The translations under genes were made by a program, and so were the position numbers. Below, in pieces: positions 1 to 11,849 of a DNA stretch of 64,000 nt. Within the stretch, counting starts at the first letter, position 1; each line of letters opens with the position of its first letter. This stretch comes from Eledone cirrhosa (taxonomy: Eukaryota). The DNA lies in assembly GCA_964016885.1 (NCBI GenBank), contig OZ024756.1, forward strand, positions 8,742,001 through 8,806,000, read 5' to 3'. The notes below the pieces were generated by a model. The model was not told where the DNA came from, made no database searches, and was given only the letters and a program-made list of their open reading frames with translations.

Positions 1-549
1 AACTGTCTTCTATATTACAGTGTCTCAACTGTCTTCTATATTACAGTGTCTAAACTGTCTTCTATATTACAGTGTCTCAACTGTCTTCTATATTACAGTG
101 GCTGCACTGTCTTCTATATTACAGTGTCTGAACTGTCTTCTATATTACAGTAGCTCAACTGTCTTCTACATTACAGTAGTTCAACTGTCTTCTATATTAC
201 AGTGTCTCAACTGTCTTCTATACTACAGTGTCTGAACTGTCTTCTATATTACAGTAGCTCAACTGTCTTCTATATTACAGTAGTTCAACTGTCTTCTATA
301 TTACAGTAGCTCAACTGTCTTCTATATTACAGTGTCTCAACTGTCTTCTATACTACAGTGTCTCAACTGTCTTCTATATTACAGTGTCTCAACTGTCTTC
401 TACATTACAGTGTCTCAACTGTCTTCTATACTACAGTGTCTCAACTGTCTTCTCTATTACAGTGTCTCAACTGTTTTCTATATTACTGTGGTTGCACTGT
501 CTCCTCTATTACAATGTCTCAACTGTCTTCTATATTACAGTGGCTCAAC

Positions 550-3500
550 TGTCTTCTATATTACTGTGTCTCAACTGTCTTCTATATTACAGTGTCTCAA
601 CTGTCATCTATATTACAGTGTCTCAACTGTCTTCTATATTACAGTGTCTCAACTGTCTTCTGTATTACAGTGTCTCAACTGTCTTCTATATTACAGTGTC
701 TCAACTGTCTCCTATATTACTGTGGTTGCACTGTCTCCTATATTACAGTGTCTCAACTGTCTTCTATACTACAGTGTCTCAACTGTCTTCTCTATTACAG
801 TGTCTCAACTGTCTTATATATTACTGTGGTTGCACTGTCTCCTCTATTACAGTGTCTCAACTGTCTTCTATATTACAGTGTCTGAACTGTCTTCTATACT
901 ACAGTGTCTCAACTGTCTTCTATATTACAGTGTCTGAACTGTCTTCTATACTACAGTGTCTCAGCTGTCTTCTATATTACAGTAGCTCAACTGTCTTCTA
1001 TTATTACAGTAGCTCCACTGTCTCATATATTACAGTTGCTCAACTGTCTTCTATATTACAGTGTCTCAACTGTCTTCTATACAACAGTGTCTCAACTGTC
1101 TTCTATATTACAGTGTCTCAACTGTCTTCTATATTACAGTGTCTCAACTGTCTTCTATATTACAGTAGTTCAACTGTCTTCTATATTACAGTGTCTCAAC
1201 TGTCTTCTATATTACAGTGTCTCAACTGTCTTCTATATTATAGTAGTTCAACTGTCTTCTATATTACAGTGTCTCAACTGTCTTCTATACAACAGTGTCT
1301 CAACTGTCTTCTATATTACAGTGTCTCATCTGTCTTCTATATTACAGTGTCTCAACTGTTTTCTATATTACAGTAGTTCAACTGTCTTCTATATTACAGT
1401 GTCTCAACTGTCTTCTATATTACAGTGTCTCAACTGTCTTCTATATTACAGTGTCTCAAGTGTCTTCTATATTACAGTGTCTCAACTGTATTCTATATTA
1501 CAGTGTCTCAACTGTCTTCTATATCACAGTAGCTCAACTGTCTTCTATATTCCAGTAGCTCAACTGTCTTCTATATTACAGTGTATCAACTGTCTTCTAT
1601 ATTACAGTAGCTCAACTGTCTTCTATATTACAGTGTCTCAACTGTCTTCTATATTACAGTAGCTCAACTGTCTTCTATATTACAGTGTCTCAACTGTCTT
1701 ATATTTCACAGTGGCTCAACTGTGTTCTATATTACAGTTTCTCAACTGTCTTCTATATGACAGTGTCTCAACAGCCTTCTATATTACAGTGTCTCAACTG
1801 TCTTCTATATGACAGTGTCTCAACAGCCTTCTATATTACAGTGTCTCAACTGTCTTCTATATTCCAGTGGCTCAACTGTCTTCTATATTACAGTGTCTCA
1901 ACTGTCTTCTATATTACAGTGGCTGCACTGTCTTCTATATTACAGTGTCTCAACTGTCTTCTATATTACAGTGAGTCAACTGTCTTCTATATTACAGTGT
2001 CTCAACTGTCTTCTATATTACAGTGTCTCAACTGTCATATACATTACAGTGGCTCAACTGTCTTCTATATATACAGTGTCTCAACTGTCTTATATATTAC
2101 AGTGGCTCAACTGTCTTCTATATTACAGTGTCTCAACTGTCTTCCATACTACAGTGTCTCAACTGTCTTCTATACTACAGTGTCTCAACTGTCTTCTATA
2201 TTACAGTGTCTCAACTGTCTTCTATATCACAGTAGCTCAACTGTCTTCTATATTACAGTGTCTCAACTGTCTTCTATATTACAGTGTCTCAACTGTCTTC
2301 TATATTACAGTGTCTCAACTGTCTTCTATATTACAGTGTCTCAACTGTCATATACATTACAGTGGCTCAACTGTCTTCTATATATACAGTGTCTCAACTG
2401 TCTTATATATTACAGTGGCTCAACTGTCTTCTATATAGACAGTGTCTCAACTGTCTTCTATATTACAGTGTCTCAACTGTCTTCTATATTACAGTGTCTC
2501 AACTGTCTTCTATATTACAGTGTCTCAACTGTCTTCTATATTACAGTGTCTCAACTGTCTCCTATATTACAGTGTCTCAACTGTCTTCTATACTACAGTG
2601 TCTCAACTGTCTTATATATTACAGTGTCTCAACTGTCTTCTATATTACAGTGTCTCAACTGTCTTATATATTACAGTGTCTCAACTGTCTTCTATATTAC
2701 AGTGTCTCAACTGTCTTCTATATTACAGTGGCTCAACTATCTTTTATATTACAGTGTCACAACCGTATTCTATATTATAGTAGTTCAACTGTCTTCTATA
2801 TTACAGTGTCTCAACTGTCTTCTATACTACAGTGTCTCAGCTGTCTTCTATATTACAGTAGCTCAACTGTCTTCTATTATTACAGTAGCTCCACTGTCTC
2901 GTATATTACAGTAGCTCAACTGTCTTCTATATTACAGCGTCTCAACTGTGTCTTCTATATTACAGTGTCTCAACTGTCTTCTATATTACAGTGTCTCAAC
3001 TGTCTTCTATATTACAGTGTCTCAACTGTCTTCTATATTACAGTGTCTCAACTGTCTTCTATATTACAGTGTCTCAACTGTCTTCTATATTACAGTGTCT
3101 CAACTGTCTTCTATATTACTGTGTCTCAACTGTCTTCTATATTACAGTGTCTCAACTGTCATCTATATTACAGTGTCTCAACTGTCTTCTATATTACAGT
3201 GTCTCAACTGTCTTCTATATTACAGTGTCTCAACTGTCTTCTATATTACAGTGTCTCAACTGTCTCCTATATTACTGTGGTTGCACTGTCTCCTATATTA
3301 CAGTGTCTCAACTGTCTTCTATACTACAGTGTCTCAACTGTCTTCTCTATTACAGTGTCTCAACTGTCTTCTATATTACTGTGGTTGCACTGTCTCCTCT
3401 ATTACAGTGTCTCAACTGTCTTCTATATTACAGTGTCTGAACTGTCTTCTATACTACAGTGTCTCAACTGTCTTCTATATTACAGTGTCTGAACTGTCTT

Positions 3501-5170
3501 CTATACTACAGTGTCTCAGCTGTCTTCTATATTACAGTAGCTCAACTGTCTTCTATTATTACAGTAGCTCCACTGTCTCATATATTACAGTAGCTCAACT
3601 GTCTTCTATATTACAGTGTCTCAACTGTCTTCTATACAACAGTGTCTCAACTGTCTTCTATATTACAGTGTCTTATCTGTCTTCTATATTACAGTGTCTC
3701 AACTGTTTTCTATATTACAGTAGTTCAACTGTCTTCTATATTACAGTGTCTCAACTGTCTTCTATATTACAGTGTCTCAACTGTCTTCTATATTACAGTG
3801 TCTCAAGTGTCTTCTATATTACAGTGTCTCAACTGTATTCTATATTACAGTGTCTCAACTGTCTTCTATATCACAGGTGCTCAACTGTCTTCTATATTCC
3901 AGTAGCTCAACTGTCTTCTATATTACAGTGTATCAACTGTCTTCTATATTACAGTAGCTCAACTGTCTTCTATATTACAGTGTCTCAACTGTCTTCTATA
4001 TTACAGTAGCTCAACTGTCTTCTATATTACAGTGTCTCAACTGTCTTATATTTCAGAGTGGCTCAACTGTCTTCTATATTACAGTTTCTCAACTGTCTTC
4101 TATATGACAGTGTCTCAACAGCCTTCTATATTACAGTGTCTCAACTGTCTTCTATATGACAGTGTCTCAACAGCCTTCTATATTACAGTGTCTCAACTGT
4201 CTTCTATATTCCAGTGGCTCAACTGTCTTCTATATTACAGTGTCTCAACTGTCTTCTATATTACAGTGGCTGCACTGTCTTCTATATTACAGTGTCTCAA
4301 CTGTCTTCTATATTACAGTGAGTCAACTGTCTTCTATATTGCAGTGTCTCAACTGTCTTCTATATTACAGTGTCTCAACTGTCATATACATTACAGTGGC
4401 TCAACTGTCTTCTATATATACAGTGTCTCAACTGTCTTATATATTACAGTGGCTCAACTGTCTTCTATATTACAGTGTCTCAACTGTCTTCTATACTACA
4501 GTGTCTCAACTGTCTTCTATACTACAGTGTCTCAACTGTCTTCTATATTACAGTGTCTCAACTGTCTTCTATATCACAGTAGCTCAACTGTCTTCTATAT
4601 TACAGTGTCTCAACTGTCTTCTATATTACAGTGTCTCAACTGTCTTCTATATTACAGTGTCTCAACTGTCTTCTATATTACAGTGTCTCAACTGTCATAT
4701 ACATTACAGTGGCTCAACTGTCTTCTATATATACAGTGTCTCAACTGTCTTATATATTACAGTGGCTCAACTGTCTTCTATATAGACAGTGTCTCAACTG
4801 TCTTCTATATTACAGTGTCTCAACTGTCTTCTATATTACAGTGTCTCAACTGTCTTCTATATTACAGTGTCTCAACTGTCTTCTATATTACAGTGTCTCA
4901 ACTGTCTCCTATATTACAGTGTCTCAACTGTCTTCTATACTACAGTGTCTCAACTGTCTTATATATTACAGTGTCTCAACTGTCTTCTATATTACAGTGT
5001 CTCAACTGTCTCATATATTACAGTGGCTCAACTGTCTTCTATATTACAGTGTCTCAACTGTCTTCTATATTACAGTGGCTCAACTATCTTTTATATTACA
5101 GTGTCTCAACCGTATTCTATATTATAGTAGTTCAACTGTCTTCTATATTACAGTGTCTCAACTGTCTTCT
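550..5170. repeat. Diverged tandem duplication of a ~2.3-2.55 kb higher-order block (offsets 2555 then 2347 bp)
   Basis: The same variant order recurs. CTGTCATC lies at 601 and 3156 (offset 2555). Near-identical ORF pairs 1295/3642, 1685/4032, 1809/4156 and 2023/4370 are all offset 2347. Several point differences separate the copies. Confidence 0.85.
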
Positions 5171-7049
5171 ATACAACAGTGTCTCAACTGTCTTCTATAT
5201 TACAGTGTCTCAACTGTCTTCTGTATTACAGTGTCTCAACTGTCTTCATTATTACAGTAGTTCAACTGTCTTCTATATTACAGTGTCTCAACTGTCTTCT
5301 ATATTACAGTGTCTCAACTGTCTTCTATATTCCAGTGGCTCAACTATCTTCTATATTACAGTGTCTCAACCGTCTTCTATATTACAGTGTCTCAACTGTC
5401 TTCTATATTACAGTGTCTCAACAGTCTTCTATATTACAGTGACTCAACAACCTTCTATATTGCAGTGTCTCAACTGTCTTCTATACTACAGTGTCTCAAC
5501 TGTCTTCTATATTACAGTGTCTCAACTGTCTTCTATACTACAGTGTCTCAACTGTCTTCTATATTACAGTGTCTCAACTGTCTCCTATATTACAGTGTCT
5601 CAACTGTCTCCTATATTACAGTGTCTCAACTGTCTCCTATATTACAGTGTCTCAAATGTCTTCTATATTACAGTGTCTCAACTGTCTTCTATATTACAGT
5701 GGCTGCACTGTCTTCTATATTACAGTGTCTGAACTGTCTTCTATATTACGGTAGCTCAACTGTCTTCTCTATTACAGTAGTTCAACTGTCTTCTATATTA
5801 CAGTGTCTCAACTATCTTCTATACTACAGTGTCTGAACTGTCTTCTATATTACAGTAGCTCAACTGTCTTCTATATTACAGTAGTTCAACTGTCTTCTAT
5901 ATTACTGTGTCTCAACTGTCTCCTATATTACAGTGTCTCAACTGTCTTCTACATTACAGTAGCTCAACTGTCTTCTATATTACAGTGTCTCAACTGTCTT
6001 CTATACTACAGTGTCTCAACTCTCTTCTATATTACAGTGTCTCAACTGTCTTCTATATTACAGTGTCTGAACTGTCTTCTATACTACAGTGTCTCAACTG
6101 TCTTCTATATTACAGTGTCTGAACTGTCTTCTATACTACAGTGTCTCAGCTGTCTTCTATATTACAGTAGCTCAACTGTCTTCTATTATTACAGTAGCTC
6201 CACTGTCTCGTATATTACAGTAGCTCAACTGTTTTCTATATTACAGCGTCTCAACTGTCTTCTATATTACAGTGTCTCAACTGTCTTCTATATTACAGTG
6301 TCTCAACTGTCTTCTATATTACAGTGTCTCAACTGTCTTCTATATTACAGTGTCTCAACTGTCTTCAATATTACAGTGGCTCAACTGTCTTCTATATTAC
6401 TGTGTCTCAACTGTCTTCTATATTACAGTGTCTCAACTGTCTTCTATATTACAGTGTCTCAACTGTCTTCTATATTACAGTGTCTCAACTGTCTTCTATA
6501 TTACAGTGTCTCAACTGTCTTCTATATTACAGTGTCTCACCTGTCTTCTATATTACAGTAGCTCAACTGTCTTCTATATTACAGTGTCTAAACTGTCTTC
6601 TATACTACAGTGTCTCAACTGTCTTCTATATTACAGTGTCTCAACTGTCTTCTATATTACAGTGTCTCAACTGTCTTCTATATTACAGTGTCTCAACTGT
6701 CTTCTATATTACAGTGTCTCAACTGTCTTCTATATTACAGTAGCTCAACTGTCTTCTATATTACAGTGTCTCAACTGTCTTCTATATTACAGTGTCTCAA
6801 CTGTCTTCTATATTACAGTGTCTCAACTGTCTTCTATATTACAGTAGCTCAACTGTCTTTATTACAGTGTCTAAACTGTCTTCTATACTACAGTGTCTCA
6901 ACTGTCTTCTATATTACAGTGTCTCAACTGTCTTCTATATTACAGTGTCTCAACTGTCTTCTATATTACAGTGTCTCAACTGTCTTCTATATTACAGTGT
7001 CTCAACTGTCTTCTATATTATAGTGTCTCAACTGTCTTCTATATTACAG

Positions 7050-8100
7050 TGTCTCAACTGTCTTCTATATTACAGTGGCTGCACTGTTTTCTATATTACT
7101 GTGTCTCAACTGTCTTCTATATTACAGTGTCTCAAATGTCTTCTATATTACAGTATCTCAACTGTCTTCTATATTACAGTGTCTCAACTGTCTTCTATAT
7201 TACAGTGTCTCAACTGTCTTCTATATTACAGTGTCTCAACTGTCTTCTATATTACAGTGTCTCAACTGTCTTCTATATTACAGTGTCTAAACTGTCTTCT
7301 ATATTACTGTGGTTGCACTGTCTCCTATATTACAGTGTCTCAACTGTCTTCTATATTACAGTGTCTCAACTGTCTTCTATATTACAGTGGCTGCACTGTC
7401 TTCTATATTACTGTGTCTCAACTGTCTTCTATATTACAGTGTCTCAAATGTCTTCTATATTACAGTGTCTCAACTGTCTTCTATATTACGGTGTCTCAAC
7501 TGTCTTCTATATTACAGTGTCTCAACTGTCTTCTATATTACAGTGTCTCAACTGTCTTCTATATTACAGTAGCTCAACTGTCTTCTATATTACTGTGTCT
7601 CAACTGTCTTCTATATTACTGTGGTTGCACTGTCTCCTATATTACAGTGTCTCAACTGTCTTTTATATTACAGTGGCTCAACTGTCTTCTATATTACTGT
7701 GTCTCAACTGTCTTCTATATTACAGTGTCTCAACTGTCTTCTATACTACAGTGTCTCAACAGTCTTCTATATTACAGTGTCTCAACTGTCTTCTATATTA
7801 CAGTGTCTCAACTGTCTTCTATATTACAGTGTCTCAACTGTCTTCTATATTACAGTGTCTCAACTGTCTTCTATATTACAGTAGCTCAACTGTCTTCTAT
7901 ATTACTGTGTCTCAACTGTCTTTTATATTACTGTGGTTGCACTGTCTCCTATATTACAGTGTCTCAACTGTCTTCTATATTACAGTGGCTCAACTGTCTT
8001 CTATATTACTGTGTCTCAACTGTCTTCTATATTACAGTGTCTCAACTGTCTTCTATACTACAGTGTCTCAACAGTCTTCTATATTACAGTGTCTCGACTG
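7050..8100. repeat. 312-bp (12-monomer) higher-order periodicity
   Basis: GTGGCTGC at 7075/7387, CTCAAATG at 7131/7443, GTGGTTGC at 7309/7621/7933 and CAACAG at 7757/8069 are all spaced 312 bp. Confidence 0.8.
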
Positions 8101-11100
8101 TCTTCTATATTACAGTGGCTCAACTGTCTTCTATATTACAGTGTCTCAACTGTCTTCTATATGACAGTGTCTCAACTGTCTTTTATATTACAGTGTCTCA
8201 ACTGTCTTCTATATTACAGTGGCTCAACTGTCTTCTATATTACAGTGTCTCAACTGTCTTCTATATTATAGTAGTTCAACTGTCTTCTATATTACAGTGT
8301 CTCAACTGTCTTCTATATTACAATGGCTCAACTGTCTTCTATACAACAGTGTCTCAACTGTCTTCTATATTACAGTGTCTCAACTGTCTTCTATATTACA
8401 GTGTCTCAACTGTCTTCTATATTAAAGTAGTTCAACTGTCTTCTATATTACAGTGTCTCAACTGTCTTCTATATTACAGTGTCTCAACTGTCTTCTATAT
8501 TACAGTGGCTCAACTGTCTTCTATATTACAGTGTCTCAACCGTCTTCTATATTACAGTGTCTCAACTGTCTTATATATTACAGTATCTCAACTGTCTTCT
8601 ATAGTACAGTGTCTCAACTGGTTCTATATTACAGTGTCTCAACTGTCTTCTATACTACAGTGTCTCAACTGTCTTCTATATTACAGTGTCTCAACTGTGT
8701 TATATTTTACAGTGTCTCAACTGTCTTCTATATGACAGTGTCTCAACAGCCTTCTACATTACAGTGTCTCAACTGTCTTCTATATTACAGTGTCTCAACT
8801 GTCTTCTATATTACAGTGTCTCAACTGTCTTCGATACTACAGTGTCTCAACTGTCTTCTATATTACAGTAGATCAACTGTCTTCTATATTACAGTGTCTC
8901 AACTGTCTTTTATATTACAGTGTCTCAACTGTCTTCTATATTACAGTGGCTCAACTGTCTTCTATATTACAGTGTCTAAACTGTCTTCTATATTATAGTA
9001 GTTCAACTGTCTTCTATATTACAGTGTCTCAACTGTCTTCTATATTACAGTGTCTCAACTGTCTTCTATATTACAGTGTCTCAACTGTCTTCTACATTCC
9101 AGTGGCTCAACTGTCTTCTATATTACAGTGTCTCAACTGTCTTCTATATTACAGTGTCTCAACTGTCTTATATATTACAGTGGCTCAACTGTCTTCTATA
9201 TTACAGTCTCTCAACTGTCTTCTATATGACAGTGTCTCAACTGTCTTCTATATTACAGTGTCTCAACTGTCTTCTATATTACAGTGTCTCAACTGTCTTC
9301 TATATTACAGTGTCTCAACTGTCTTCTATATTACAGTGTCTCAACTGTCTTCTATATTACAGTGGTTCAACTGTCTTCTATATTACAGTGTCTCAACTGT
9401 CTTCTATATTACAGTGTCTCAACTGTCTTCTATATTCCAGTAGCTCAACTGTCTTCTATATTACAGTGTCTCAACTGTCTTCTATATTACAGTAATTCAA
9501 CTGTCTTATATACTACAGTGTCTCAACTGTCTTCTATATTACAGTGTCTCAACTGTCTTCTATATTACAGTAGATCAACTGTCTTCTATATTACAGTGTC
9601 TCAACTGTCTTTTATATTACAGTGTCTCAACTGTCTTCTATATTACAGTGGCTCAACTGTCTTCTATATTACAGTGTCTCAACTGTCTTCTATATTATAG
9701 TAGTTCAACTGTCTTCTATATTACAGTGTCTCAACTGTCTTCTATACAACAGTGTCTCAACTGTCTTCTATATTACAGTGTCTCAACTGTCTTCTATATT
9801 ACAGTGTCTCAACTGTCTTCTGTATTACAGTAGTTCAACTGTCTTCTATATTACAGTGTCTCAACTGTCTTCTATATTACAGTGTCTCAACTGTCTTCTA
9901 TATTACAGTGGCTCAACTGTCTTCTATATTACGGTGTCTCAACCGTCTTCTATATTACAGTGTCTCAACTGTCTTCTATATTACAGTATCTCAACTGTCT
10001 TCTATACTACAGTGTCTCAACTGTCTTCTATATTACAGTGTCTCAACTGTTTTCCATATACTACAGTGTCTCAACTGTCTTCTATATTACAGTGTCTCAA
10101 CTGTCTTATATTTTACAGTGGCTCAACTGTCTTCTATATTACAGTTTCTCAACTGTCTTCTATATGACAGTGTCTCAACAGCCTTCTATATTACAGTGTC
10201 TCAACTGTCTTCTATACTACAGTGTCTCAACTGTCTTCTATATTACAGTGTCTCAACTGTCTTCTATACTACAGTGTCTCAACTGTCTTCTATATTACAG
10301 TGTCTCAACTGTCTTATATATTACAGTGGCTCAACTGTCTTCTATATTACAATGTCTCAACTGTCTTCTATACTACAGTGTCTCAACTGTCTTCTATATT
10401 ACAGTGTCTCAACTGTCTTATATATTACAGTGGTTCAACTGTCTTCTATATTACAGTGTCTCAACTGTCTTCTATATTACAGTAATTCAACTGTCTTATA
10501 TACTACAGTGTCTCAACTGTCTTCTATATTACAGTGTGTCAACTGTCTTCTATATTACAGTAGATCAACTGTCTTCTATATTACAGTGTCTCAACTGTCT
10601 TTTATATTACAGTGTCTCAACAGTCTTCTATATTACAGTGGCTCAACTGTCTTCTATATTACAGTGTGTCAACTGTCTTCTATATTACAGTGTCTCAACT
10701 GTCTTCTATACAACAGTGTCTCAACTGTCTTCTATATTACAGTGTCTGAACTGTCTTCTATATTACAGTGTCTCAACTGTCTTCTATATTACAGTAGTTC
10801 AACTGTCTTCTATATTACAGTGTCTCAACTGTCTTCTATATTACAGTGTCTCAACTGTCTTCTATATTATAGTAGTTCAACTGTCTTCTATATTACAGTG
10901 TCTCAACTGTCTTCTATACAACAGTGTCTCAACTGTCTTCTATATTACAGTGTCTCATCTGTCTTCTATATTACAGTGTCTCAACTGTCTTCTATATTAC
11001 AGTAGCTCAACTGTCTTCTATATTACAGTGTCTCAACTGTCTTATATTTTACAGTGGCTCAACTGTCTTCTATATTACAGTTTCTCAACTGTCTTCTATA

Positions 11101-11849
11101 TGACAGTGTCTCAACAGCCTTCTATATTACAGTGTCTCAACTGTCTTCTATATGACAGTGTCTCAACAGCCTTCTATATTACAGTGTCTCAACTGTCTTC
11201 TATACTACAGTGTCTCAACTGTCTTCTATATTACAGTAGATCAACTGTCTTCTATATTACAGTGTCTCAACTGTCTTCTATATTACAGAGTCTCAACTGT
11301 CTTCTATATTATAGTGTCTCAACTGTCTTCTATAATACAGTGTCTCAACTGTCTTCTATATTACAGTGGCTGCATTGTCTTCTATATTACAGTGTCTCAA
11401 CTGTCTTCTATACTACAGTGTCTCAACTGTCTTCTATACTACAGTGTCTCAACTGTCTTCTATATTACAGTAGATCAACTGTCTTCTATATTACAGTGTC
11501 TCAACTGTCTTCTATATTACAGTGTCTCAATTGTCTTCTATATTACAGTGTCTCAACTGTCTTCTATATTACAGTGTCTCAACTGTCTTCTATATTACAG
11601 TGTCTCAACTGTCTTCTATATTACAGTGACTCAACTGTCTTCTATATTACAGTGGCTCAACTGTCTTCTATACTACAGTGTCTCAACTGTCTTCTATATT
11701 ACAGTGTCTCAACTGTCATATACATTACAGTGGCTCAACTGTCTTCTATATATACAGTGTCTCAACTGTCTTATATATTACAGTGGCTCAACTGTCTTCT
11801 ATATAGACAGTGTCTCAACTGTCTTCTATATTACAGTGTCTCAACTGTC

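Noticed and set aside
10-17. TATA-box-like CTATATTA in each monomer as a promoter element
   Set aside because: It does not match TATAWAWR, and there is no downstream transcription unit.
4-22. Reiterated 3' splice-acceptor-like motif TGTCTTCTATATTACAG in each monomer
   Set aside because: The pyrimidine tract is short and interrupted. There is no matching donor or AG|GT recursive site in the consensus and no exon context, so chance is a sufficient explanation.
1704-1716. V(D)J RSS heptamer-like CACAGTG (the consensus monomer has TACAGTG)
   Set aside because: The essential CAC is present only in rare variants, there is no ACAAAAACC nonamer at 12/23 spacing, and there are no gene segments.
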